DNA from: the human T2T-CHM13v2.0 reference genome, Homo sapiens
DNA: 64,000 nucleotides
Assembly: GCF_009914755.1 (NCBI RefSeq)
Contig: NC_060939.1
Strand: one strand, 5' to 3'
Made by a program: the position numbers and the translations under genes. Below, in pieces: positions 28,909-64,000 of the stretch. Numbering within the stretch: position 1 is the first letter of the stretch; each line of letters opens with the position of its first letter. Below the pieces are notes generated by a model. It saw only the letters and a list, made by a program, of their open reading frames with translations. It searched no databases and was not told the DNA's origin.

Positions 28909-30298
28909 ATTTTTCTTTTTTTGAGATGGGGTCTTGCTCCGTTGCCCAGACTGAAGTGCAGTGGCTTGATTATGGCTCATTGCACTCCTGACTTCTGGGC
29001 TCAAGTGATCTTCCCACCTCAGCCTCCCAAGTAGCTGGGACTATAGGCATATGCCACCATGCTCGACTAATCTGTTTATTTATTTATTTTTTATTAGAGA
29101 TGAGATCTCACTGTGTTTCCAGGCTGGTCTTGAATTCCTGAGTTTGAATGATCCTCCTGCCTCAGCCTCCAAAATGCTGGGATTATAGGCATGAGCCACC
29201 ACGCCTGGCCTTCCAGTTTCCTGTATGATACCCCATAGTAATGTGTGAGTGGGGTTTTTGTTTGTTTGGTTGGTTTTGTTTTCATTTTTGTTTTTGAGAC
29301 AGGGTCTCGCTCTGCCACCTAGGGTAGGAGTGCCGTGGTGCAGTCACAGCTCACTGCAACCTCAACCTTTAGGGCTCAATCAGTCCTCCCACCTCAGCCT
29401 CTCAAGTATCCGGGCCTATAGGCATGCACCACTGTGCCTGGCTAAGTTTTTGTATTTTTTGTAGAGAGGGGATTTTGCCATGTTGCCCAGAGTAGTCTCA
29501 AACTCCTGGCCTCAGGTGATCTGCCTGCCTCAGCCTCCCAAAGTGTTGGGATTACAGGCGTGAGCCACTGCACCTGGCCATTTTTGTTTGTTTTACATTT
29601 TAAAAATTGACGTATAATTCATGTACCATAAAATTTATCCTGTTCAAGTGTACAATTTAGTGCATTTTACTATATCTAAAATGTTGAGCAACTATCACCA
29701 TGGTCTAATTCCAGAACGTTTTCATCACCCCCAAAAGAAACCTTGTGCTCAACAAAAAGTCACTCCTCATTCCTTCCTGCCCCCAGCCCCTGGCAGCCAC
29801 TAATCTACTTTCTTTCTTTATGGCTTTACCTATTCTGTACATTTCATATCAATGCTATCAGATAATATTTGAACTTTTGTGACTGTCTTTTTTCATTTAG
29901 CATATGTAATGTTTTCCAAGCTCATCCATATTTTATCATGTTCTAGTACTTTATTCCTTTTTTCTTACTGAATATCAACATTATATTTCATTATTTATTT
30001 ATTTTTTGAGATAGGGTCTTGCTCTGTCTCCCAGGCTGGAGTACACTGGTGCAATCCTAGCTCACTGCAGCCTCAAACTCCTGGGCTCAAGTGATCCTCC
30101 TACCTCAGTCACCTAAGTAGCTAGGACTACAGACATGTTCCACCATGCCTGGCTAATTTCATTTTTTATTTTCTTTAGTTTTTGTAGGTCTCACTGTGTT
30201 GGCCAGGCTGGTCTTGAACTGCTGGCCTCAAGTGATCCTCTTGCTTTGGCCTTCCAAACTACTGGGATTCTAGGCATAAACCACTGTGTCCGACCTAG
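28909..30298 (-). mobile_element. Antisense AluJ copies (28909-29210, 29255-29579, 29990-30298) and an L1MB 3' end (29590-29990)
   Basis: Alu motifs; L1MB text ctaattccagaacgttttcatcacccccaaaagaaacc. Confidence 0.8.
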
Positions 30299-30814
30299 CT
30301 GTATATTTTAAACTTCATTCTTCAAAGCACCCAGGACTCGGGGGGGTGAAAAAGAGGGACCCCCTAGACTCCTTCTCTTGCTTCACCTAGAACATTTATA
30401 TTTTCATCTATTTATGGACAAACTTTTATTTTAAATTTGAAAGTCGTGGGCTCTCAGATTGAAGAATACACTCTACCTGGGACTGAAAGATACTCCATGG
30501 TCTTTTTACTCCATCTTTCTTTCCAACTCTTCTTTTCATGTGCTCCAGTCAGACAGTATGTTGGTGGAGTCTTGAGGTATACCTCATGCTTTCTTGCCAC
30601 TGTATCTTTTCTTATACCATCTCCTCCATCTGAAATGCCCCTTTCCCATCTGTTTAAATTTTTACCTAACTTTCAATGCCTAATACAGATATAATCAATT
30701 CCATGAAGTTTTCCCGGATCTCTGGATTCTTGTAGTAATTATACTGCTTTAGATGGTGCCTTGTCTAATTTCTTGAGACTACTCTCATGTTTTCTTAGTT
30801 GTTTTATACTTTCC

Positions 30815-32067
30815 CATTGAGTGGCTGGACATGGGATGGTGGGGGACTGGGGGTTGGGGGTGACTATAACAGATTGCATGGGCCAGGCATTGTGCCTCAC
30901 TCCTGTAATCCCAGCACTTTGGGAGACCAAGGCAAGAGGATTGCTTAAGCCCGGGAGTTCAAGAACAGCCTGGACAACATAGCAAGACCTCATCTCTACT
31001 AAAAATAAAAAAATTAACCTGGCATGGTGGCAAATGCCTGTAGTCCCAGCTATCAGGAGGCTGAGGTGGAAGGATCGCTTGAGCCCTGCAGATGGAGACT
31101 GCAGGGAGCTGTTTTGCCACTGCACTCCAGCCTGGTCTGCAGAGTGAGAACATGTCTCAAAAAAAAAAAAAAAAAGGGGGGGTGGGGGGATAGCATGAGG
31201 GAGATCTTTGTGATGATAAAAGTATTCTGCATCTTGATTGTGATGGTAGTTATACAAATCTGCACATATTTTAAAATGACATAGAGCTATACATTCATAT
31301 TGTACCAATGTCAGTTTCCTGGTTTTGATGTTGTACTGTAGTTACATAAGATGCACCCATTGTGGGAAATTATGTGAATTGTGTGAAGGTTACCTGGGAC
31401 CTCTCTTTGCTATCTTTGCAATTTCCTGTGAATCTGTAATTAATTTTAAAATAAAAAGTTTAGGTTGGCCATGGTGGTTCATGCATGTAGTCCCAGCACT
31501 TTGGGAGGCCAGCAGGAGAATCACTTGAGTCCAAGAGTTCAAGACCAGCCTGGGCAACATAGCAAGACCCCGTCTCTGCAAAAAAATATATTTTTAAAAA
31601 TTAACTGGGTATTATGATACATACCTGTAGTCTCAGCTACTTGAGAGCCTGAGATAGGAGGATAGACTTGGGCCCTGGAGGTCAAGGCTGCAGTGAACCG
31701 TGATTGCATCACTGTACTCCAGCCTGGTTGACAAAGCAAGACTCTGAAAAAAAAAAGTTTAAAAATATATTCTTCAGGCCAGGCGTGGTGGCTCATGCCT
31801 GTAATCCCAGCACTTTGGGAGGCAGAGGCCGGCAGACCACTTGAAGTCAGGAGTTCGAGACCAGCCTGGCCAACATGGTAAAACCCCATCTCTACTAAAA
31901 ATACAAAGATTAGCTGGGTGTGGTGGTGCGCACCTGCAGTCCCAGCTACTTGGGGGCTGAGGCAGCAGAATATCTTGAACCTGGGAGGTGGAGGTTGCAG
32001 TGAGCTGAGATCGCACCACTGCACCGCAGCCTGGGCGACAGAGTGAGACTCAGTATAAAAAAACAAA
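30815..32067 (+). mobile_element. L1MC/ME 3' relic (30815-31460) with sense Alus at 30881-31175, 31466-31757 and 31777-32067
   Basis: L1M 3' text (gtattctgcatcttgattgtgatggtagttataca); Alu motifs. Confidence 0.8.
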
Positions 32068-32655
32068 TCATTTTTCCATGGTGCTACTTCTGATTAATGT
32101 GAATCTGCCTGTGCCTTCCAAAGTAAAGTTACTTTGGGGTAGACAAGAGATGTATTTTTAGTGATATTTTAGTTACATTTTACAATTAGAACAAACTTGT
32201 CTAAAGCAATAACTGAGACAGAGTGGTTAGTTCCCTGTCTACGAGGTCCTGGCTTATCCAAGGTCTTATTTTAATTTTTAAGTTGACTGGTAAGCCTTTG
32301 AGTCATGTTTTCGTATACTTTTAAGTTCTTAGTATTCTTATGTACTGGCTCCTAGAAGACAGTGACCATAGCTCTGAGTTTTAGAAAAAAATCATTATGT
32401 GATGTTCAGTTCAAACTTTAAAACTTTTAAAGTTGTTACATTGTTTATCAATTGAAATGAATTTTCTTGTGCAAATTTAAAGTAAGCATTACAAGATCAG
32501 AATTATTGCTGATTTTTTTTGGAAAGAGGTAGAGTATAAATAAATAACCAGAGTTTTTTGTTTGCATTTATGATCAAGCTCAAAGTGAATATGAACCAAA
32601 AAAATGAACAAAACTACATATTTTTTAGTAAAATGAGAACTTAATTTTTTTTCAG

Positions 32656-32710
32656 GTTAAACTACAGAACAACATATCGTATCAGATGGCAGACATACAT
32701 CATTTAAAGG
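32656..32710 (+). CDS. GOLM2: GOLM2/CASC4 internal coding exon (probable exon 2), 55 nt, phase 0-1: VKLQNNISYQMADIHHLK+G
   Basis: Acceptor ttttttttcag|GTT and donor AAGG|gtaaga. The peptide matches the CASC4/GOLM2 sequence as I recall it, joins the next exon in frame, and contains an N-I-S sequon. Confidence 0.95.
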
Positions 32711-34709
32711 GTAAGAACCTTAATTCCAGATTAAAGATAAACCAAGGTCACTAAATGCCTAAAATTGTGAAGAATTAAGAAATAGTAAATTAGCCTAGTG
32801 AAATACAATTTTCTGAACAAACTCCTCTGATGGTAAAACATTTATCCTTTTGCCTTAAGATATAATAAATTATTTAATGATGCTTTATATATGATAAATC
32901 CAAGTTAAAATTTGAGATCTGTGTCTTAACCTTGAGCTACAGACAGGGTTATGCAATGAAATGTTCTTAAGAGAATACTCAAAAAAAAATTGAGCTGTAG
33001 CTTCAGAAGCCATCAAATTTCTAGGGAAAAGGTGAGAAGTGTTCCCTCTGTACTGTGTCCAATCTGCTAAATTAATTCATTCAGGTCTAGGGATGCTTTG
33101 GATAGAGCCTCCAAGCTTAAGGTTTTAGATACCCTGGGAACAGAAAGAAACCTGGAAAATAGATAAATATATAATAAATAAATAATAATAAATATAAAAA
33201 TACACACACATATTTTTACTTGGATGAAGTGATAAAGAGGTACTACAGCTTTTATGGAGAAAAAAAAAAAGCCCTGCAATCTGCTTATGTTACTTCATGC
33301 CATAGCTGTTAGCCTTTGAAGTTTGGGTTCTGAGGAACAATCCTCATCTCCCTCACACCCTTTGGTTATAATACTGTATTTTAAAATTTTGCATGCATTG
33401 TCTCTAGGTTTATGTATGTGGGTAGTACATGCTCTCTAGCTTCAAAAATATCCTTTATTCTATTATCCTTTTGAGCCTCTTTGGATATACTTAGATAATC
33501 TATTTTTATTGTCCTCTCGAAGTAGCCAACCTTAGCTGGCTTTGTAATGTAGTAAAATTTTTCTCCTTACCTAGCACAATCAATAGGAAGTGTTTTTGTG
33601 TGTTGTAACCCTAAAATAAGTTGTTGATTTCCTATTATCCATGATTTAGAACAGCTTTGATTTTCTGTTAGAAATGCTTTCTGGGTCATCACATGGGTTT
33701 TTGTTGCATCTGTGTCCATGTTCTCTTTTTGACTCACCAAAATATATTAGGATGACACAGAAGATGCCACAGTGTCAGTGCTGCTTCCAACTTGCAATTT
33801 TTACAAATGCTTTCACTTGTCATCAAAGTATACTTCTTATTAAATGTTAAGAAATACTATTAGGGCTTATTAAAGCAGTAACTTAATGCTTATTAACTGT
33901 TTATTAAATAGATCAGTTGAATAAGAAGTCCTGTGGCTTCTGTTAGTATGTGTCAACAAAAATGACAACCTGTGTTACTGAGTAAAAATCTTTATTGTAC
34001 CATATGTGTTGGAGTAGATCTTGAGATATTTTGAAATTGTGTATGATACTCTTCAGCAGAGAAAAAGGTCTTGATTTGTATGTATAGCTATACAACTTTT
34101 GGTTTTGAAGCTTGGGCTCTTAAATTTGAATTTAAAAATTTAAAATTGAAATTCAATAATGTGACTTTTGCAACTGGAATGATTTCTACTGAAACAAACT
34201 TCTTGAAAACTTGCCTTTTATAGGCAAGTTTTCTTTGAAATTAATATCTGCTATAGTAGAATTAATAGACACTAAGACACTTGAGATGGTTTATATTTTC
34301 TTGGAAATAAAGGAAAGTTGGTTTTTTCAATCATTGAGGTAATAAATTGACATTCTACTATCAGATTTATTTTGATTAGCTTACCTTGTTTTTATGCCTG
34401 TTACTGAAAGAAAGTTCAAAGTCAAAGTTTTCTAGAAGTAATTTTCTTTTTTTTTTTAAAGCTGGCCCCAGGCAACCCATTTCTTACCTATCCCTAATCT
34501 TTTGAAGTTAAACTAAGGGAGTACAGCCATGTCTTTCTATAACATAACTGGTGTTGCTTTCAAAGATAGAGCGTCCTGTACAATCAACCTGACTCGTGTT
34601 AACTTACTCTAAGAGTTCTGCTACGGTGACCTGGAGCAGCCACGCTAGACAGAATATCTCTGGGTTCATATAAAGAAAACACATGCCAATCAGTCAAAAG
34701 TAAAATTGA

Positions 34710-34865
34710 TTTTTTTTAACCTTTATTTAAGTTCAGGGGTACATGTGCAGGATGTGCAGGTTTGTTACATAGGTAAACATGTGTCATGGGGCTTCATTAT
34801 ACAGATTATTTCATCTCCCAGGTATTAAGCCTAGTATCCATCAGTTATTTTTCCTGATCCTCTTT
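34710..34865 (-). mobile_element. Short 3' end of an older L1PA element (L1PA13-16-like)
   Basis: aagttcaggggtacatgtgcaggatgtgcaggtttgttacataggtaaac. Confidence 0.85.
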
Positions 34866-35672
34866 CTTCTTTGTTTTGCTTTCTGGTCTTCTTACTTTTC
34901 CCCTTGCAAATCTCTGTTTTGACCCACTGGAAATCACCAATTACCTCCCTGCTTTATGATCTTTCTCTGTATTCAAATAGGAAATAATCATATTTTACAT
35001 GGGCTAAAACTCATATTAATGTTTTATTTTTCTTTGTCAATTGTATTTTAAGTCTTTTATCTTCAATTACAAAGGAAAATTTTATTTCCTGATAGATGAA
35101 TTTCAAATACCATCAATGGGAAGCTTTGTGGGGGGACAGAGAAGCCATCCAAGAATCTTAAAATCATACTAAGCCTCAGGTTCATTCTGAAGCTATTTCA
35201 GGTATTTTACAGCATAGCCTGAATCAGAAGGGACTGTAATCTTTTTGTTCCCTTTTTCCCGAGGAGAATGAGTCCGAAAGATCACCAATTGAAGTCTCTT
35301 TCTGGTAGTTGTTAAGTTTTGTTTGTTTTTTAGTTACAGTTTTTAAATTTAGCTTTCAGTTCTAGAAACTATCCAGCCTGAGCACAGGTTTACTGAACTA
35401 GCTAGTTTGATCCCTTAGCCACAAGGCTTTTTGCTACTGCTTCCTACTGTGATCTCATTGTCTCTATAGAATCAGCATTCATAGCTGGGGCCAGGGTTTC
35501 TGGTACCTCTGGCCTGCTGTATCTTAGGAGATGGAGACAGGGATCAGGCAACAAGCTGAAAGGGTTTTTTATGGCTACCTGGCCACCACAGATCCATCAC
35601 TTTTATTTGAGATGGGGGGTAAATCAACCATGTTTACATATTGGAGAATTAATATTATAAAAAGAGAAATTT

Positions 35673-38187
<2,515 letters not shown>

Positions 38188-38317
38188 TTTTATTGACCAT
38201 GAATGTGTTACAAAAGGATATTAAATGTGGTGTTTGTTATATAATTTAATTTCCTGGGAGTATTACTAAAGAAATTGAGAATTATGTATAATTAAAAAAA
38301 CATCCCATAGCTTCTGA

Positions 38318-38479
<162 letters not shown>

Positions 38480-39305
38480 TAAGATGTTACATGCAACATA
38501 TGTTTATGAATCTAAAATATTTGTCCAGCTTTTGGACTCAGTTCATTTCTTTCTCTCTGACTTTTGTTTCCCTTTTTTTCTCTTCTTTCATTTTGTTAAG
38601 CCTTTTAAATTCCTTTTCTATTATCTTTCTTTAGCTCTTTGAAATCCAGACTCTTTTATTTTGATAAATTAAACAGCATGAAGTATCTCTTAGAGGGCAT
38701 GTTGAGTTTGTGTATGTTGTAGAATTCATTGTGAGAGAAAATCTTACAAGCTCTGAGTTTTATTAGATGTGGCAAAGATGGAAAGAAGATTTGTGATTCT
38801 TTTTGACGGACATCCAGAAGATGAAACCAGCACTGGGAGATGTTCCCAGAAGAGCTGAGGGACTGAGTGCCGGCTGCTCTTCCTGCTCTGCATGTCAGCC
38901 CTCTTGCTGATACCTCTACACTTGGTGATGAGGTTGGGGATCCTCTTACAGGCCTTTCTAGCAATCACGCCTTAAAACTTTTATTATATTTGTAATCAAT
39001 TTTATGGTAAAAGATATTTTTTAGATTTGTACACCAAAAGTTAGAAAGATTTGCCATATTTTAAAGCATTTTGTGTCCATTTCTGACTTCTTACTCTTGT
39101 AGGTTATCATTGTACATTTACTTAAATATATGTATTTTAACGTAACAGTATTCAGTATTTTTCTGCATGTCTATAGGATTAAAGATTTAACGTATGTACA
39201 GGTAATATATTATTCTAGCATATTAATGTACCAAAACTTCTTTAGTCTCTTCCAATTGTGGGACCACAGTAGGAGTTTTCCTTTTCTCACTTTAAGACTA
39301 TCACA

Positions 39306-41008
<1,703 letters not shown>

Positions 41009-41673
41009 CATATAAGAAGTTTAATTTGCATTTTATAATGGTGAAAGTTAACATTTTTCTATATGTGTGTTAACTGTTTCTTTTTGCATGATTGGTGTAT
41101 GTGTATCCTTTGACTACTTGGCTAGCAGAAAGTCACCATCTTTATCTGTTTTGCTGCTGTTCACTTTCTCCTGATGGCACCAGTCTATCTTCTTTATTAG
41201 TTTCTTTCGTTCCTAGTATTCTATGGTTTAGCCTTTTATTACAGTGTTAAACTACTATTGGATGAATCTTCTGCTGCCACTTCTTATCAGCTCTCATAAT
41301 TCTAGCTTTCCTCATCTGTTACTATAAATTGGTCTCACAGTTTTCTCTTCTATAGTATTTTTCTCTTCTGTGATTGAAGTTGGTTTTGAAAGTTTTTTTT
41401 TAATAGATGCAATTTATGGAAATAATAGGAAAAGAATTGTTTTTATCTTTGTAATTTCTGTTTTCTCAATTAGCTTTATCAGTATTATCTACCTCCTATT
41501 ACAAGTTCAAGTATTTTAAAAGTTTTGATTGTGAGCTATTTGTATGCTCTGTTTTTTCCAGCCCACTCTCCCCTGCTAACTGAGTGTTTTATCTTTCTTA
41601 TGTATGTGTCAACTTCTGGACAACTTTGAGAATCCAATCCAAGATAATATAATCTAAAAGAATGACTTTGTAA

Positions 41674-41820
<147 letters not shown>

Positions 41821-41965
41821 TAATTTAGAAATTAAAATTATAATTTTGTCACAAAACACTATATTTTAAGTTTTCCAGCCAGCCTAATTCCAAAAGTGAT
41901 TTACAATGGCTTTATTTCTGAGTAAATTAAACATTTGCAAAAATATAATCTTAATTCTTAAAACT

Positions 41966-46632
<4,667 letters not shown>

Positions 46633-47450
46633 ATTTGGCTCTTGTTTTTCTAGATTCCATATAGATTTTTCGTACTATTTTTATAACATTACTAAGAATT
46701 ATATTTCATACTGCATTAGAGTTTACAAAGCATTTATAGATGCATTAAATGTTGACTAGAGGAACCTGTATATGGCATCCCAAGCTTGTGTACTTGAATC
46801 CTTGCTGCTCCCAATTTTCCATGGAGGCAAACTTAATACTGGTCCACCAAGAGAATTGAGTTAGGCCTAACCATGTACCTGAAGATTCACATTTCCAAGA
46901 AGATGCTAGGTTAGGAACAGGTTAGAGGAAGCACTGACCTGTTTATTGTCCTGCCACTACTTGCTGTGTTTCGGTGGCCAGCACACTTAGGAAGAAGATT
47001 GCCTGTTTTTCACCCTTGCTCTTGAAGAGGCACCTGTGTACCAGTCTCCTCCTTACTGCCATCCTGCTTGGTTCTAACATATGCTTACAGAGAACCCACC
47101 CTGCCCATAGCACCCAGGAAGATGCCCAATTTTAGGCCATTAGGGTAACCTAGAGTATTCAGCAGGCTGTCTTGCAGAATCACACACCTCAGCATAGCCA
47201 AGCAGAGTCACCTCTGCCTACCAAATCATTCATTTACTGTAGCTAGAGATTTTCAAAAGTGTTATTCTTTGACTTTTTATCAGGTATAAAAATCACACAG
47301 AAAATAATGTATCCTGCATCTCCAATTGTTCATTATTTGAACCCATGGTATATGTTTTACAAGATGAACTGTTTCAGAACATTTAATTAATAGTTGTGTC
47401 GGTGGTTTAACAATTTGAACTGAAAAATATTATTACCAAATTTTGTCTAA

Positions 47451-47711
<261 letters not shown>

Positions 47712-47851
47712 TGATTAAGTGTCTGCATTGTTTCAAATTTGGATTGTTTGATAGAAGAGAAAAAAGAGTAAGTTATTTTAGAGTTACAGCTATGTCCAAA
47801 GCAAGAGGTAAAGATGTTCAGTTGATGTAGCCTATTACTTTTAGAAACTGA

Positions 47852-48013
<162 letters not shown>

Positions 48014-49026
48014 TAAAAATTGTTAGAGAATTCGACTAAAGTGATGATAATACATTTCATGTGACCCCATTCTCTTTTTCGGTAACACTTGGAAAAGTCA
48101 CAGATATCTGGATGATCGATATTTCTACTTAATTAAGTACCCATTAATTGCCAGGACTTTTTTTGGATCCAACTTTTATAAAATTTTTTGCTAAGATGTA
48201 TAAAATACTTGTTTTTGCCTTGATAAGAATCACCTATATTTGAATCTTTTCTTTGCGACTCTGAGTTTTTGCTTATGACAGTTGTACTATATAGAGTCAT
48301 TTATGTTTACTAAAAGTATGCATGGCTCTTTTCTTTCCCACCAAATGTGCCCAGATTCCTGTGTTGTTGGTGTGCTTTAATATGGCATAGTAATACCCTA
48401 ATAAGAGTTATTTAATTATTTAGTTTTGAGGGCTTGGCTTGTCCTTTTAGTGAATTACCCCACACTTTTGGATAGTTTGTTTAACATTTTTTTTCTTCTT
48501 TTCTGGCCACTTCTGTTCATTGTATGTCTCTTTCCTCCTTAATGTGTCTGCTGCTTATCCATTTTCACTTGAAGGCCTGCTCCCACTTGCTGCTATTCTA
48601 ATCCCCTTCATTTTTTTCCTTCATGTCTCTTCTTTGTTTTTCTTGCCATATCTATGTTTCTTGGCTATTAATGGTACTCCTCCCTGCTGACTCCAATTTA
48701 TTAGGGTAGAAAAATAAGAAATTAACAGCATGCCTCTACTGCTTTTGGCTGATTTTATTTCTTCTCAGTCTCAGTAATTACTTCTGTGATTATAGCTAGT
48801 TGTACATGACTGAAATTGCTGAATGTTTAGATCAAATAAATGAAATATTTGTCCTTTCATTTATATAGTTTTATTGTCTTCTCAAATTCTTATGGGTTTC
48901 CAATTCATAGTGATTTCCCCTAAAATAAAGGTAAGGACAAAAGCAATAACATGAATTTGAAAATAAAGAATCAGAATTAGCAAGCTTTGTTTGTAAGACA
49001 ATGAAGTAATCCAGTGATTTTTTAAA

Positions 49027-50442
<1,416 letters not shown>

Positions 50443-50770
50443 TTAGATGTTAATTTAAAGAAATGTTCAGAGCAGGAACTCTGTATTCTTCCAAATTTTT
50501 GTAGCACTTACTCTAGTCCTAGGCACAGTTGAGTTTTAGGTTGATTAATCTATTTTACATTGCGGTTGTGTATTTTAAAAACTATACCCAAAGTTTTGTC
50601 AAGGACATACTGCTGGTTTCTGATACATAGAAGCACTCTATTCAGATATGAGCAACAGTTGGCTACCTGCATACATTAATTTTTCATGTAATATACCTGA
50701 AAAATGTATTATTTGTGTTTAAATATATATAATTTTTGACCTCTATTATTTATTTCCACATACTTTTCTC

Positions 50771-55893
<5,123 letters not shown>

Positions 55894-55954
55894 AGGCTTT
55901 TAGTTTTTAAATATTAGGTAGAGGTAATCTATTTGTAAGATAACAGATTTTCTA

Positions 55955-56380
55955 GAACAGAGGCTTCGAATGGTGGTTGCATATTGGAATCTCTGGGGAG
56001 CTTGAAAAAAAAAAAGATACTGATGCCTAAATTCCATTCCAGAGATTTTGTTATATTTGTTCTGGGGTTTGACTTGGGCATTGAAGGTTTAAATGGTCAC
56101 TAGGTGATTACATTATGTAGCTAAGGCAGAAAAACCTTTACTCTAGACAGATTCTCTAGATCTATACTGTATTAATGCAGTAGCCATTGGTCACATGTGG
56201 CTATTTACATTTAAATTCATTACATTTAGGTGAAATTAAATTCAGTTTCTTAGTCAAACTAGCTACACTTAAAGTGCTTACTTAGTAGTTACCTGTGGCT
56301 AAAGGCAACTGTGTTGGACAGCACCAATGCAGAACATTTTCATTATTGTAGAAAGTTCTGTTGGACAGTACTGCTCTAGA
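55955..56380. mobile_element. MER5B-like (~55955-56145) followed by MER3-like (~56160-56380) hAT MITEs
   Basis: MER3 motifs gtagccattggtcacatgtggctattt and agaaagttctgttggacag. Confidence 0.7.
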
Positions 56381-56538
56381 TTGAAACCAGTAATAGTGGT
56401 TTTATGGGGAAGAAGATTAGGACAGGGATGAAAAGGTGACTTGCTTTTCATTATATAATCTTCTGAACTTTTAAATTTTTGTATAATACTAATAAACTAC
56501 CTATTCAAAAAAATCATTATTTAAAAAAATTAAAGAGA

Positions 56539-56842
56539 GGCTAGGTGTAGTGGCTTACGCCTGTAATCCCAACACTTTGGGAAGCCTAGGCAAGAGGATT
56601 GCTTGAGGCCAGGAGTTCGAGGCTTGGGCAACATAACAAGACCTCATATCTTAGGAAAAAAAAAAATGGCTAGGCATAGTGGCACACACCTGTAGTCCTA
56701 GCTACTTGGGAAGCTGAGGTGGGAGGATCACATGAGCCCAGGAGTTCGAGATTGCAGTGAACTGTGATTGCACCACTGTACTCCAGTCTGGGTGACAGAG
56801 AGAGACCCTGTCTAAACAAAAAAGAGAGAGAGAGAGAGAGAG
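56539..56842 (+). mobile_element. AluJ with (GA)n tail, abutting the L1 5' end
   Basis: Alu motifs. Confidence 0.85.
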
Positions 56843-63775
<6,933 letters not shown>

Positions 63776-63834
63776 ATGTAAGTAATGCATTTCCTCAAAA
63801 AATTATAGGTAATTAGTATTAATCCACTGTATGT

Positions 63835-64000
63835 AATTGACATCTATTAACCACTTCATCCAACAACAGCAGGGACTCATTCTTCTCAAGCTGTCACAGA
63901 ACACTCACCAAGATAGACCATAAAACGGGAATTGAACAATGAGAACACATGGACACAGGAAGGGGAACATCACACACCAGGGCCTGTTGTGTAGTGGGGG
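63835..64000 (+). mobile_element. Old L1M endonuclease-region fragment (~63835-63925), then the start of a 5'-truncated younger L1PA 3'UTR (63927-end)
   Basis: cattcttctcaagc...caccaagatagacca; gggaattgaacaatgagaacacatggacacaggaaggggaacatcacacacc. Confidence 0.8.

Noticed and set aside
34081-34094. Perfect 14-bp palindrome tgtatagctataca
   Set aside because: A few palindromes of this length are expected by chance in 64 kb of AT-rich DNA.

Overview
Human (primate) genomic DNA, not prokaryotic. The window lies inside GOLM2 (CASC4), a GOLM1/GP73-family Golgi type II membrane protein, on the + strand. Five GT-AG coding exons (32656-32710, 38376-38478, 41679-41769, 47454-47598, 47928-48008) splice into one stop-free frame, [28 protein letters not shown]...-...AKVDDLPP. 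I recognise this from memory as luminal coiled-coil and linker sequence, probably exons 2-6. The first (TM-encoding) exon and the later exons are outside the window. The rest is intron, with very dense Alus (roughly 80 full or partial copies by eye), a fragmented Tigger1, a ~7 kb decayed and internally deleted L1MA-type element, MLT1 LTRs, hAT MITEs, and L2/MIR/L1M relics. Almost every ORF in the supplied track is repeat-derived noise. I cannot support a wholly new biological system. The best leads are: (i) Alu-flanked exon blocks that would form stop-free circular ORFs; (ii) a candidate in-frame 42-nt cassette or alternative terminal exon at 37413; (iii) competing acceptors at weak 3' splice sites; (iv) a 24-nt Y4 RNA retro-fragment; (v) several templated-insertion or microhomology repair scars and repeated re-use of L1-endonuclease target sites. 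Repeat subfamily names and boundaries come from visual recognition and are approximate.
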